The notes: generated from the letters alone by a model not told the origin. Shown: positions 35,959 through 48,841, counted from the first letter of the stretch. The stretch is DNA of 64,000 nucleotides from Macrostomum hystrix (GCA_950097015.1 CATNEN010000002.1:4216001-4280000), one strand, 5' to 3'. Made by a program: numbers and translations.

Positions 35959-38900
35959 GCAGCAGGAGCAGCAGGAGCAGCAGCAGCAACAGCAAAATCG
36001 GAATCCGCAGAATTGCAGAATCTGCGCCCCGGCTGGAGGCGCCGTCCGTGGAAGACGATCGGCCTCGCACATTCACAAAAGGTATCAAATTATTGATTGA
36101 CTGATTGATTGATTGATTAGTTGATTGATTGATTGATTTTCGAATATTACCATTAGCTGCCGTATCATAATAAATTGAATTGAGCTACGTGGTCACACTC
36201 GTTGGTTAAAGCATTTTTTTATTATCTGTAAATGACAGTAAAACCCGTGAAGAACAAACAAATTTTGTTTTAAAAAAATTGAAGTTTTTTCCGCGAGTTG
36301 ACAAACTTAAGTGGGCTTTCGCCTCCTTTGACAGAAGTTGCCAAGGTCGCGATTTGAGAACACACGCTAATTGACATGCGTAAGAGGTGCTTCGACTCAA
36401 GCTGTTCTTATCATGGTCTTGTGTGCTCACAATCAGATTGCTATTTGCTTAACTTACTTGCCTATTTATCCACTGGTTGCCATAGCAACTAGAGTGCATA
36501 ACGACGCATGAGTCCTGAAATATTTAGCTTTTCAAATCTACCATTCTCTACTCTATCAAACTCAAATCTACCATTCTCTACTCTATCAAACTCAAATCTA
36601 CCATTCTCTACTCTATTATACTCAAATATACCATTCTCTACTCTATCATACTCAAATCTACCATTCTCTACTCTATTATACTCAAATCTACCATTCTCTA
36701 CTCTATTATACTCAAATCTACCATTCTCTACTCTATTATACTCAAATCTACCATTCTCTACTCTATCATACTCAAATCTACCATTCTCTACTCTATTATA
36801 CTCAAATCTACCATTCTCTACTCTATCATACTCAAATCTACCATTCTCTACTCTATTATACTCAAATCTACCATTCTCTACTCTATTATACTCAAATCTA
36901 CCATTCTCTACTCTATTATACTCAAATCTACCATTCTCTACTCTATTATACTCAAATCTACCATTCTCTACTCTATTATACTCAAATCTACCATTCTCTA
37001 CTCTATCATACTCAAATCTACCATTCTCTACTCTATTATACTCACATCTACCATTCTCTACTATACTCTTCCCTACTCAAATCTACCATGCCATACTCTA
37101 CTCTACTCAAATCTACCTTCTCTAACTCTACCCTACTCAAACACAGATTGCACAGCCTACTCTAGCTGTATAACTCAACAGGCCATTGCTCAAATGAGCC
37201 ACAGATGAGCAGTGCTCAATATTGTCTTCATCCGCAGACTCGGCGTGAACAACCAGGGCGATCGCAGCCGCAGCGTCACAGACGACGACATCAACTCGGA
37301 TCTGAGCAGGGCCATTCTGTCTCACTCTATTGACAGACTGTATCGTGAGCACTGCCATCCGATCACTCTGCGATTCAAGACTTGCCGGCTGCAGAAGATG
37401 GTGAGAATCACGACCTGGATCAGGGTCATCGTCAGGGACAGTGTGTGGGTCATTTTGTGGGTTGAGGTCATGGTCTTGGGTCATGGTATGTGTCAGGATA
37501 ATTGCGAGGGTCAGGAACATTTTTAGGGTCATTGTCTCGGTCGTTGTCAAGGTAATTGTCATGGCCTTTGTTATGGTCATTGTCATGTTCATTATCAAAG
37601 TGATTGTCTGGGTCATGGTCAGCGTCATTGTCTGGGTCATTGTCTGAATCATTGTCTGGGTCATTGTCTGGATCATTGTCTGGGTCATTGTCTGGGTCAT
37701 TGTCTGGGTCATTGTCTGGGTCATTGTCTGAATCATTGTCTGGGTCATTGTCTGGATCATTGTCTGGGTCATTGTCTGGGTCATTGTCTGGATCATTGTC
37801 TGGGTCATTGTCTGGGTCATTGTCTGGGTCATTGTCTGGGTCATTGTCTGGGTCATTGTCTGGGTCATTGTCTGGGTCATTGTCTGGATCATTGTCTGGA
37901 TCATTGTCTGGGTCATTGTCTGGATCATTGCCTGGGTCATTGTCTGTGTCATTATCATGTTCAGAGTTAATGACTGTCTAACTGATAACCAGTCAGTGCA
38001 GTTTTATGAATCTGACAGGTAAAACAAATTTGAAACCTTACTGATAAACTTGACGCAGTAAAGCGAATAGCAACAACCGCAAAGGGCTCATTTTAGCTAC
38101 CCAACCGAATTCCCATCTCCTGCCAGTTCGCCTACGTGAGAGATCCCTACTTCTCCATTGAGATCAGCGGCGTCTTGTTGGCCTTTTTCTGCGGCACTTT
38201 CTGTGTCCAGCTGATCGTTCAGAAATGGTGAGTGCGCTGCGCACCCGTGCCTAGTTTTGGTTTGGCAAATTTGTGAACTCTTTGCTTTTTGTTTGTGAAT
38301 TAAGAATTCGAAATTTTTGAACCCTCCATCCTGACTCTCCCTAAATCTCACCCTGCCTCTTGCTCTCACCCTGCCTCTCGCTCTATCTCACCCTGTTTCT
38401 CCCGCTCTCTCACCCTGTCTCTCCCTTTAATTATCTCACCCTGTCTCTCCCTCTCTATCTCACCCTGCCTCTCGCTCTATCTCAACTGTCTGTCCCTTTA
38501 TCTCACCCTGTCTCTCCCTTTATCTCACCCCGTCTCTCGCTCTATCTCACCCTACATTTCCCTCCCGCACAAGTCCACTTATCCGGGCCGAAATTCCCTG
38601 TGAAAAATAGTCTATTGAAAATCTTTCGCTTCGCAGAGACTAAACCGTCCTGTCTGGCTGTCTGGCTGTCTGAGTGTCGCAACTTGCCAATTAATTTAAG
38701 CAATTTATATATATATATATAAGCGAAACCATATATTATTAATTAATCGCCAATGATATAAATAGGTAAAGGACTCTTTTTGTTAGACATCGCACAGTAG
38801 CTTTAGCATAGACAGAAGCAATATGACCACGTCAGAGGGTAAAATTGTCACTGACACTGACAGAGGAGTAAATAAACACAAGCGTCACAATTCTCCACTC

Positions 38901-41900
38901 AATAACCTCCCCTCAATCAGACTCCCCAGGTAGACTCAAACAGACTCGAAATGCAACCTCATCTTTGAGTGCAGGACACTTGTTCTTTAACATTCATATA
39001 TCATCATATAGGCTTAGAGCTATCAATCAAATCTATTGAAGACACGCCTAAGGAAACTAGAAATAAAATCTGAAACACCTCGACCCCTCCCCAGCTCAAT
39101 GGCGATGGTGCCAATTTACCTGTTCTCATTCGTCACGCTGATCACGCTGTTTGCCTGCGCTGTGGCTTTCACAACCGACCGAATGGTAAATAAAATAAAA
39201 AAAGAGAAAATACTCACTCTCGTCTACTTACAGTAGAAATGTCAGAAACTCATCTTCTAAGTTTAAGTTTCTTATCTGAATGTTTTTTTCAATTTCAGAA
39301 AATTGCCAGCAAGAAAATCTGGTCGATTTTTGTCAATGGATCAATTCTGATTGGAATGGTTGCAAATTTTGTTTCAATTTTGGTACCGAAGGTGAGTCAA
39401 TGTCTTGGTTCGACTAGGGAACAATGCTTGACCCGCAGTGAGAAAAAATTTGTCACAATATTATTTAGATAAATTGACACAATGTCCTCCAGATAGATAG
39501 ACACAATGTCCTCCATGTAGATAGACACAATGTCCTCCAGATAGATAGACACAATGTCCTCCAGATAGATAGACACAATGTCCTCCATGTAGATAGACAC
39601 AATGTCCTCCAGATAGATAGACACAATGTCCTCCAGATAGATAGACAGATTGTCCTCCAGATTGATAGATACAATGTCCTCCATGTAGACAGACACAATG
39701 TCCTCCATGTAGACAGACACAATGTCCTTAATGTAGAGAGACACAATGTCCTCCATGAAAATAGACACAATGTCCTCCATGTAGACAGACACAATGTCCT
39801 CCATGTAGACAGACACAATGTCCTTAATGTAGAGAGACACAATGTCCTCCATGAAAATAGACACAATGTCCTCCATGTAGACAGACACAATGTCCTCCAT
39901 GTAGACAGACACAATGTCCTTAATGTAGAGAGACACAATGTCCTCCATGAAAATAGACACAATGTCCTCCATGTAGACAGACACAATGTCCTCCAGGTAG
40001 ATGGCCACTATTTATTTATACATAATAATAATAATACAATATAATAATTTCAGCTATATGAAGAGCGATGTGACCTTCAGAATCACATCGAAACTGTTTA
40101 TAACAACAATTGGACATTGTTCTGCACGAACAGCACGAAGGTTGACAGCCTGTGCCATCGCCCAGATTTGGCTGTTCCCGAGGTAAATCGGGTGGCATGT
40201 TGGCAGAGGGTCAAAGTAGCTAGTGGTTTGAGCTGGAAACTTATAATTTCCAATCGTTGTACTTAATTTAATCAGAACCCAAATCCCCTTAACTATCACT
40301 TCAATTCCAGTACACAATGTACTCAGCGTCGCTGACAATTATAAGTCTGACATGCTTCACGTACAGCACTTTCCTGTGGAAGTGGGTCGTAGGTCTTCTG
40401 TTCTCAGGAGTGTACCTGGCGGCCAGCTATTTTGCCTTCTATTCCGAGTTTCAAAATGTGGATCTGGTGCAAAAGCAATGCTGCGACGATAGGGACAATT
40501 TTCCGCTTCTGTGGCTCAACTGCGGCTTGTTGATCCTGTCGGCGCTGTTGATAGTGATTGTTCAATCTCACCTGGCTGAAATCACCGTCCGTCTAGACTT
40601 CCTGTGGAAATTCCAGGCCTTCGAAGAGAACGAGAAGACTGAAGAGATGAAGCGAAGGAACCAGGCCCTGGTTGACAACATTCTGCCCCCGCATGTGGCC
40701 AGTCATTTCCTCAACTCGGAGGACATCTACTCAGAGCAGTGCACTGAGACCACGGTGATCTTCGCGTCCATTTGCAATTTCTCCGAGTACTACCTGGAGG
40801 TGGCCCAAACTGACGAGATTGTCTGCTGCCTAGTACTGAACGAGATGCTGTCAGACTTTGACGACCTTCAGAGGCAGTTCCGCTGCGTGGAAAAGATCAA
40901 GACGATTGGCTCGACCTACATGGCTGCCGCTGGACTGTCAGCCGACACCAGGTGTCGCAATGACACCAGAGCTCATGTTGCTCAAACTGCCGACTTTGCG
41001 CTGGCTCTGCTGCGCCTCATCTGCGTGCACAACAGGCACCTGTACACCTCCTTCAAGATGCGCATTGGTGAGATGTCACACAATAATAATAACATTCGCA
41101 GGAGGGCTGTGGGCAATGACACAAAACTTGATGACAGTAGATCCACAGCCAGCGAGCGAGGAGGCAGTTCTGCCCATTCCACTGACTCCTGAGCACACAC
41201 GCACAGAGATACTGTACGCAGGCACACACTCACACAGGCGTGTACATCTGCCCTGACTTTCTCATCGTCAGACGTCAAGATCCCAAGCCTTCTCTCGGCG
41301 CTCTAGGCCTCGCCGCGGAATCGAGCTCAGGGACGAAAGGCTAACGCGTTAGACCGCTCTGCCACTCACCCCTGGAGATGCCCCATTGGAACCAAACGTG
41401 CGCGTTTAGGAGCTGGTAGATTGCTGAGTGACAGAGTGATCAATGTCCTAGATTGCTGAGTGACAGAGTGATCAATGTCCTAGATTGCTGAGTGACAGAG
41501 TGATCAATGTCCTAGATTGCTGAGTGACAGAGTGATCAATGTCCTAGATTGCTGAGTGACAGAGTGATCAATGTCCTAGATTGCTGAGTGACAGAGTGAT
41601 CAATGTCCTAGATTGCTGAGTGACAGAGTGCATGATCAACGTCCTAGTGATCGACTTCGCGGCGAGGCAACATTAATTTTTTGTCTCAGATAGAAGTACA
41701 AGTGTATGTTGTGTGAGTAGTATGTGACTCACACAAGGGTGTGAGTAGGAGACGTTACAGATTGGATTGAACGCTCGAACCATCTTCCGCATCAATCGCA
41801 GGCATCAATCACGGAGTGGTCATCGCTGGCGTGATCGCCACCCGCAAGCCGCAGTATGACATCTGGGGTGACACCGTGAATATCGCATCTCGGATGGAGA

Positions 41901-42106
41901 GCAGCGGGCTGGAGAATCGAATCCAGGTGACTGGCACCGTGCAGAAGCTGCTGCAGCCACGCGGGTACAACTTCGAGACCAGGGGCTCCATCACTGTCAA
42001 GGGCGTGGGCTTGCTCACTACTCACTTTCTACTCAACGGACCTGTGGATCCGACAATCTTTGTTCGTCAAGCCTTGCCGGATGTTGTTCTGGCTGACAAT
42101 CTGTAA
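28697..42106 (+). CDS. Transmembrane class III adenylate cyclase, 13 exons: 28697-29644, 31761-31910, 32593-32714, 33477-33716, 35348-35609, 35855-36081, 37238-37400, 38127-38227, 39095-39185, 39299-39391, 40054-40182, 40311-41067, 41802-42106 (~1195 aa)
   Basis: C1a is [36 protein letters not shown] and MRVGIHTG...WQFDVWS. C2a is [15 protein letters not shown] and [19 protein letters not shown]. There are two hydrophobic TM clusters. All junctions are GT-AG and phase-compatible, and the exons sum to 3588 nt. The ADCY paralog is not assignable. The start ATG and the small TM exons are less certain. Confidence 0.92.
31395..31700. repeat. Degenerate ~58-60-bp tandem repeat (TACATTGAATTT...CCCGCCTAGCATAAAGCCAGTTGCCTAT) in adenylate cyclase intron 1
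   Basis: About 5-6 diverged copies are visible. Confidence 0.75.
34328..35275. repeat. 15-bp minisatellite (AGGTTTGAGCACT(G/T)T) with a ~347-bp higher-order duplication, adenylate cyclase intron 4
   Basis: Read directly; the marker ACTCAGTTTGAGCAATGTAGGTCTGGG recurs at 34546 and 34893. Confidence 0.95.
36531..37135. repeat. 30-bp minisatellite CTCAAATCTACCATTCTCTACTCTAT(T/C)ATA, ~18 copies, adenylate cyclase intron 6
   Basis: Read directly from the sequence. Confidence 0.95.
37548..37952. repeat. 12-bp minisatellite GG(G/A)TCATTGTCT, adenylate cyclase intron 7
   Basis: Read directly; the left flank grades into degenerate monomers. Confidence 0.93.
38335..38555. repeat. Degenerate CT-rich repeat (CTCTATCTCACCCTG...), adenylate cyclase intron 8
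   Basis: Read directly from the sequence. Confidence 0.8.
39470..39998. repeat. 24-bp minisatellite AGACACAATGTCCTCCA(GA/TG)TAGA(T/C), ~22 copies, with a 3-unit higher-order pattern, adenylate cyclase intron 10
   Basis: Read directly from the sequence. Confidence 0.95.
41143..41372 (-). mobile_element. tRNA-derived SINE (family B), internally deleted copy in adenylate cyclase intron 12
   Basis: The minus strand reads GAGTGGCAGAGCGGTCTAACGCG...GAGCTCGATTCC (A/B boxes). The body CTGACGATGAGAAAGTCAG...GTACAGTATCT...CAGGAGTCAG...ATGGGCAGAA is shared with 62241-62535. Confidence 0.75.
41417..41645. repeat. 32-bp tandem repeat TAGATTGCTGAGTGACAGAGTGATCAATGTCC, 7 copies
   Basis: Read directly; period is 32 (41417 to 41449). 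Confidence 0.95.
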
Positions 42107-42114
42107 TTCGGTAC

Positions 42115-42345
42115 ATAGGGGTTCCTGAGCTCGAATCCGCGCTGACGTCGCTTGTGGGCTTGTCGTGCAATTTACGCCCTTTTGAGGGCCAACACCTCAA
42201 GTCTCATTTTCAGGTAGTCCAGTGATAGAAAACTATTATTATCCAATAGTGTAGCTGTAAAACTTCAACCAGCTGTAGGCCCCTGCAGTCCATGGACTGA
42301 ACAGCTGGACACAGCTGTACATCTGTGCAGAACTAAACGTTTACG
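42115..42345 (+). mobile_element. SINE remnant just 3' of the adenylate cyclase stop, carrying blocks from both SINE families
   Basis: GCTTGTGGGCTTGTCGTGCA...TTGAGGGCCAAC matches 62338-62380. CAGTCCATGGACTGAACAGCTG matches the minus strand at ~61506-61527. Confidence 0.55.
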
Positions 42346-42878
42346 TACGAGCTGTACATTTGGACAAACATTATGTAATTTAGCACATCAATTTCTCGCC
42401 TTGTACGTGTAAATATATATTTCGCTTTTCTCTCATTTGTAAGGTATAAGGTGTAAGGTAACATTGAATTTTTGTTTTAACTTTCTGTTCAGAACAAGAG
42501 TGTTTCTGTTCGCGCAAAAGTAAATGAAATTCAGTCAATATCTAAACTTGTCTACTTCAGAACTGCTTGAATCGATTGAAGTATATCTTTGATATTCATT
42601 CATGTGAAAAATATTATAATTAGAAACATGCGAAAGTTATTATTTTCACAGCAAAAATTTAGCTGTAACTGATTTGGAAGAGTACAGCCTCAGCGAAAAA
42701 ATCCAATTTTTCTGAATCTAATCCAAAGAGACGGAATTTAACGTAGTTTAATAGTTTAATTTTTTAAACAGATAACGAATTTTAGTACGCATACGAAAGC
42801 AGCCAAATTTTATGGAAATCAACCGTATCTTCTTAACTGTTCATGTACTACCTTTAGCCTTGTAAAACAATCCCATTC

Positions 42879-43071
42879 TCACTTCCTTATTTTCCCCCGT
42901 CGCTTCCGATTTGCGCCACCCGGAACTTTGAGCTTGGGCGCCTCTCGTAGGCCAAGCAGACTCAATGCTTGAGACACCGTGTGAGTAGCGTCTATGGCCT
43001 GATGCACCTTTGTGTAGCCGCTGAGTTTGCTAGTCGGTTGCACGGCTGTCTGTTGCTGTGCTTCTTGGGCT

Positions 43072-43118
<47 letters not shown>

Positions 43119-43289
43119 ATTTCTCGCCCTGATAACAGCCTCCATAGATGGCTGCTTCTGCTTTTCTGTCTTCTGCTTTGGCCTCAATTTCAATTGCTTG
43201 CCATGAGCAGCAGCGGTGGCGGTGGCGGCAGTGGCACCACTCGAGCTGGCAACTTTGGCAGCCTTCTTTACCACCTGTTTGGCCCTCAT
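42879..43289 (-). CDS. Uncharacterised small basic protein (136 aa) with a polyQ tract and a Lys/Arg-rich C-terminus
   Basis: ATG at 43289, downstream of a pyrimidine-rich ...CTACAG acceptor (~43330). The ORF is GC-rich in an AT-rich setting and ends RKRRGKIRK* (NLS/NoLS-like). I recognise no family. Confidence 0.6.
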
Positions 43290-44529
43290 TGCCTGAGTCG
43301 TTTTTTGGTGATAAAAAGTTAGTCTCCACACTGTAGAAGAGGTAAATAAGGCAAGCAGGAACACGAACCCAGCTCAGCAGTTTCAGATCGAAGTCATTAT
43401 GCTTGCTTCCACACACCCACCCCCTTCACTAGCAATGGTCCACCGTCCAGCATGAGTCTGCAGAAAGTGCTGACACACTGCTAGAGTGTACAGTACGGAA
43501 TACATCTGCGAGAATTTCAACTTTTCCATCCCGCCCCTTTCTTCCCCCCCCCAGAGTCCTGCAGCTTCACTGTCTCGAGTGTAAAGGAAAGCCGGATCTC
43601 AGAACTCTGAAGCAAAAAAACCGTCTATTACCTCCCCTACCAATGAGCTGTTCTCCGTTACCCAGGGAGATGTTAAGGACGCTTTCTGCTCCACTGTTGC
43701 AACCAAAAAACACCCACTGAAATTTACTCACCTAAAGAATTATTGTGACTTTGGAACTACAGACACAATTTCCTATCAATGGGAATTAAACAAGCAGCTT
43801 TGCTAAAGACATTACTTCTCGAGGACACCGTTCTCAAAGACATTCTTCTCAAAGATACCATTCTCAAAGAGATCCTGAGTAAGACCCCTTCTAAAGACAC
43901 ATTTTAGTCAAAATTATACTCATACAACGAGAAGTCATATTTTGCGAGACTGCAGAGATGTGAAAAATTAATTAATATCATAATAAATCAATAAATACCT
44001 TTAAAATCCACGAAAGTTCTGCTTTAAAACCGATTAACTTGTCACTTCTTGTGTATAAACTGTCGCAAAGATTCGAAAGTTTTATTGTTAATAATTGGCA
44101 AGTTTTGCAGAGAACACAATTAGACACAGGATTATGTGTGGCTAGTGCTTGTTATTGCTTGCGCTTTGTACAATGCTTCTCAATTAATAAACTAGCCGAA
44201 AATTTATATTTAAAGCTCTATTGTACTAAAGAATAGGATAGAAAGTTGAACAAGCAGAATAATTGGAAAATGCTTCTCAATGGGCAGTTAGTTGCTAAGT
44301 GAAAGCTGTAAGCAACCTTGTGAGACAGTTTGGAAGTAAGAGATTGTCTTATTTCGAGTGTAGAACTACTAACAAACAATTCATACGAGTTACTCGTACA
44401 ATAGCTTCTTCTAGTGTTCTGTAATTTATTCCTCTTACAATGGCATGAGATTGTCAAGACTTGTATATTTAATTAGCTTCTAATACCTTATAAAGCGTTC
44501 AAACGGACACTTTCGATAATATTAATTCT

Positions 44530-45420
44530 CAGAGACACCCTTTCAAAGGACACACTTCCAAAGGACACCCTTCCCGAGGACAACCTTCCTTTGGACACCC
44601 TTCCTTTGGACACCATTCCTTTGGACACCCTTCCCAAGGACACTCTTTCTTTGGACACCTTCTTTTGGACACCCTTCTCAAGGGCACCCTTCGTAAGGAC
44701 ACCCTTCCCAAGGATACCCTCCCTTGGACACCATTTTAAAGGACACCATTCGCAAGGAGATCATTACTTTGGACACTCTTCCTTTGGACACCGTTCCCGA
44801 GGACACCCTCCTTTGGACAATCTTCCAAAGGACATCCTTCCAAAGGACAAACTTCCCAAGGACACCCTTCCCAAGGACACCCTTCCCAAAGGACACCCTT
44901 CCCAAGGACACCCTTCGTAAGGACACCCTTCCCAAGGACACCCTTCGTAAGGACACCCTTCCCAAGGATACCCTCCCTTGGACACCATTTTAAAGGACAC
45001 CCTTCGCAAGGACATCATTCCTTTGGACACCCTTCCGTTGGACACCGTTCCCGAGGACACCCTCCTTTGGACACCCTTCCAAAGAACGTCCTTCCAAAGG
45101 ACAACCTTCCCAAGGACACCCTTCCCAAGGACACCCTTCCCAAGGACACCCTTCGTAAGGACACCCTTCCCAAGGATACCCTCCCTTGGACACCATTTTA
45201 AAGGACACCCTTCGCAAGGACATCATTCCTTTGGACACCCTTCCTTTGGACACCATTCCCGAGGACACCATCCTTTGGACACCCTTCCAAAGGACATCCT
45301 TCCAAAGGACAACCTTCCCAAGGACACCCTTCCCAAGGGCACCCTTCGCAAGGACACCCTTCCTTTGGACACCCTTCCCAGGGACACCCTTCCTTTGGAC
45401 ATCTGCGAAATGACACCCTT
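44530..45420. repeat. ~15-16-bp minisatellite GGACACCCTT(C/T)CC(A/T)(A/T) with higher-order blocks; degenerate relatives at 43800-43905 and 45420-45620
   Basis: Read directly; the marker CCATTTTAAAGG recurs at 44731, 44985 and 45193. Confidence 0.92.
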
Positions 45421-46125
45421 ACCAAGGACTCAATCTTTAAAGACACTTCACAAAGACAACCTTACAAAACAAAACTTCCAAAGACATCAGAGACACTTTT
45501 TCCAAAGACACCATTCTCAAATTCACCCATATTTAGGCAGCCGGCCTTCTTTCATGATTATGACACAGTTTCTCGGTACACCCTGACTAAAGATACCTGT
45601 CTGAAGACACCCTGTAGACATTTATGTTTACGTGATTTACTAGCCATGACTAGCAGAACTCTACGCTCGTACTTAGCATTCGTTAGTGTGAGTGGCACAA
45701 TGAGCGGTCCCACGTCCTACCTAACTTTTATGCTCTACTGCAAGTATAGTACCAAGTACCAAGTACCAAGTACTATAGTACCAAGATAAAGGAATGCTCG
45801 TATTTCTTGATAGCAAACACAAACAACCGATTGAGTATTTTGCGCATTCAAGCCTTCGTGGACTTCAGTCTAGGCGCGAGTCTTATCAGGTACCTGATCA
45901 ATTTTAACTTACTTAATATTGCTACTCTATGCAGATTTGCACATGCTTAGACAAACGTAATACCCACCAGCAGATAAGATAAGGGCTCTAAACTGCTGCA
46001 ATGCGTTTTACAGTTTGTAAATTTATTAACTTAACAACAGAAAGCAGAGCGACAAGAAAGTATTTGGCCATTCTGCCCAGCTTGTCTTTAGGGCCACCTT
46101 TAGGTTTAAGTAATTTAGCAACTTA

Positions 46126-46990
46126 ACAGGTTATTTAGTAATCCAAGCACTTACCACTCAGGTTATTTAGTAATCCAAGCACTTACCACTCATGTTATTT
46201 AGTGATCCAAGCACTTACCACCCAGGTCATTTAGTAATCCAAGCACTTACCACCCAGGTTATTTAGTAATCCAAGCACTTACCACCCAGGTTATTTAGTA
46301 ATCCAAGCACTTACCACTCAGGTTATTTAGTGATCCAAGCACTTACCACCCAGGTTATTTAGTAATCCAAGCACTTACCACTCAGGTTATTTAGTGATCC
46401 AAGCACTTACCACCCAGGTTATTTAGTGATCCAAGCACTTACCACCCAGGTTATTTAGTGATCCAAGCACTTACCACCCAGGTTATTTAGTGATCCAAGC
46501 ACTTACCACCCAGGTTATTTAGTGATCCAAGCACTTACCACCCAGGTTATTTAGTAATCCAAGCACTTACCACTCAGGTTATTTAGTGATCCAAGCACTT
46601 ACCACCCAGGTTATTTAGTAATCCAAGCACTTACCACCCAGGTTATTTAGTAATCCAAGCACTTACCACCCAGGTTATTTAGTAATCCAAGCACTTACCA
46701 CCCAGGTTATTTAGTGATCCAAGCACTTACCACCCAGGTTATTTAGTAATCCAAGCACTTACCACCCAGGTTATTTAGTAATCCAAGCACTTACCACCCA
46801 GGTTATTTAGTGATCCAAGCACTTACCACCCAGGTTATTTAGTAATCCAAGCACTTACCACCCAGGTTATTTAGTGATCCAAGCACTTACCACCCAGGTT
46901 ATTTAGTAATCCAAGCACTTACCACCCAGGTTATTTAGTGATCCAAGCACTTACCACCCAGGTTATTTAGTGATCCAAGCACTTACCACA
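46126..46990. repeat. 32-bp minisatellite CAGGTTATTTAGT(A/G)ATCCAAGCACTTACCAC(C/T), ~27 copies
   Basis: Read directly; period is 32. Confidence 0.96.
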
Positions 46991-47505
46991 CTAGCTACTT
47001 TGCCTCAAAATCAATAGATGCATGTAGCTTGAAGTAAATAATGATAAAATTGTTCCTATCAATTGCTAGCTGAGCACAGCTTGGTTTGAGCTAATCTGTG
47101 GCTTGAGATCAAATCAAATGTCAACAGCCTATGACTGTCTGTTTGCCATCGTATGCATGCGTGGGTGTTCTAAATGCAATCAATTTGTTTTGTGACACAA
47201 AGAGTTAACCATTGTGAGCATTAACGATCAAAGTGCTTTGTAAATTATTCTGAGTAATATGTCTGCTTTGCGAGCCATAAGCCGTAAATGAAGGTCAAAC
47301 TATCACTCACTAACCACACTGTGTGTACTGAAACTCATTGTGGAAACAGGCTGTAATTAATTAATTAGCTACAATAGTACACATTACACTAAGCTTGCAA
47401 AACTGTCTCTACTAATGCGTAAATAACTGACCAAGGGTACACATGACACGACCCACAAAAAGTGCAATTTATCAAGCTGTTTTGTTTATTTTTAATTACC
47501 AAGAA

Positions 47506-48328
47506 GATTCTAGCCACTGTTCTTGGTGCGATTCTAGCTACTGTTCTTGGTGCGATTCTAGCTACTGTTCTTGGTGCGATTCTAGCTACTGTTCTTGGTG
47601 CGATTCTAGCTACTGTTCTTGGTGCGATTCTAGCTACAGTTCTTGGTGCGATTCTAGCTACTGTTCTTGGTGCGATTCTAGCTACTGTTCTTGGTGCGAT
47701 TCTAGCTACTGTTCTTGGTGCGATTCTAGCTACTGTTCTTGGTGCGATTCTAGCTACTGTTCTTGGTGCGATTCTAGCTACTGTTCTTGGTGCGATTCTA
47801 GCTACTGTTCTTGGTGCGATTCTAGCCACTGTTCTTGGTGTGCTTCTAGCTACTGTTCTTGGTGCGATTCTAGCTACTGTTCTTGGTGCGATTCTAGCCA
47901 CTGTTCTTGGTGCGCTTCTAGCTACTGTTCTTGGTGCGATTCTAGCTACTGCTCTTGGTGCGATTCTAGCTACTGTTCTTGGTGCGATTCTAGCCACTGT
48001 TCTTGGTGCGCTTCTAGCTACTGTTCTTGGTGCGATTCTAGCTACTGCTCTTGGTGCGATTCTAGCCACTGTTCTTGGTGCGCTTCTAGCTACTGTTCTT
48101 GGTGCGATTCTAGCTACTGCTCTTGGTGCGATTCTAGCTACTGCTCCTGGTGCGATTCTAGCTACTGCTCTTGGTGCGATTCTAGCTACTGTTCTTGGTG
48201 CGATTTTAGCTACTGTTCTTGGTGCGATTCTAGCTACTGTTCTTGGTGCGATTCTAGCTACAGTTCTTGGTGCGATTCTAGCTACAGTTTTTGGTGCGAT
48301 TCTAGCTACTGCTCTTGGTGCGATTCTA
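47506..48328. repeat. 24-bp minisatellite GATTCTAGCTACTGTTCTTGGTGC, ~34 copies
   Basis: Read directly from the sequence. Confidence 0.96.
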
Positions 48329-48841
48329 CCTATTGTTCGTCCTTCTTATCCTATGGGTATAAAATACGAGCTTGAAACGAGTGATAAGTATACTTTAAGT
48401 AAAAATTAATTTGTATTCTGGAACACAATTTTCAAATTAATTATTTTTAAAGGTCAAGAAATGTTACAGCTCACAGTAAAGCGTTGTTAGAAAAGCGGTT
48501 CAAAGCAAACAATTGACTTCGTTCGAAGCGAGAAAACAAACAATTTAGAAAATCAACGCAAACACTACAGCTACAGTAGATCCGTCACGATCCTACACAC
48601 GCGGCTAGATAATATGATTAAATAAGTATTCACATAACTAGTTTTAGACAGAAAAATCATTGCTAATCATCCGCTCTGGTAAACAAGATCTAAAAGTACA
48701 TTAGAAATTCCATGAACATCGCGAACGCATAGATAGCGGACTATAATTACTGGCTACTTGACAGCAAATAGAAACTAACAGTTCCGCTCTCGAAGCTTAG
48801 TTCGATAAGTGCAGGGAAAGAATGAGCAGCTCAACGGCCTC

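Noticed and set aside
35792-36104. Poly-Cys, poly-Leu and poly-Ser ORFs
   Set aside because: These are alternative frames and the antisense of the CAG/CAA tract in cyclase exon 6. Only the Gln frame is in phase with the flanking exons.
34289-40008. Repetitive ORFs at 34.3-35.3, 36.5-37.1, 37.1-38.0 and 39.4-40.0 kb (pentapeptide-like LSTVG, FEHCR, QTMT, EDIVS)
   Set aside because: All lie in adenylate cyclase introns and come from minisatellites.
44529-45586. DTLPK and GCPWE repeat ORFs
   Set aside because: They are translations of the ~15-16-bp GGACACCCTT array.
47389-48409. Long repetitive ORFs (ATVLGAIL)n, (SSYCSWCD)n and (ARIAPRTV)n as antifreeze, metallothionein or membrane proteins
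   Set aside because: A 24-bp unit with no stop in several frames gives open frames on both strands. There is no splice or start context and no bias toward synonymous change.
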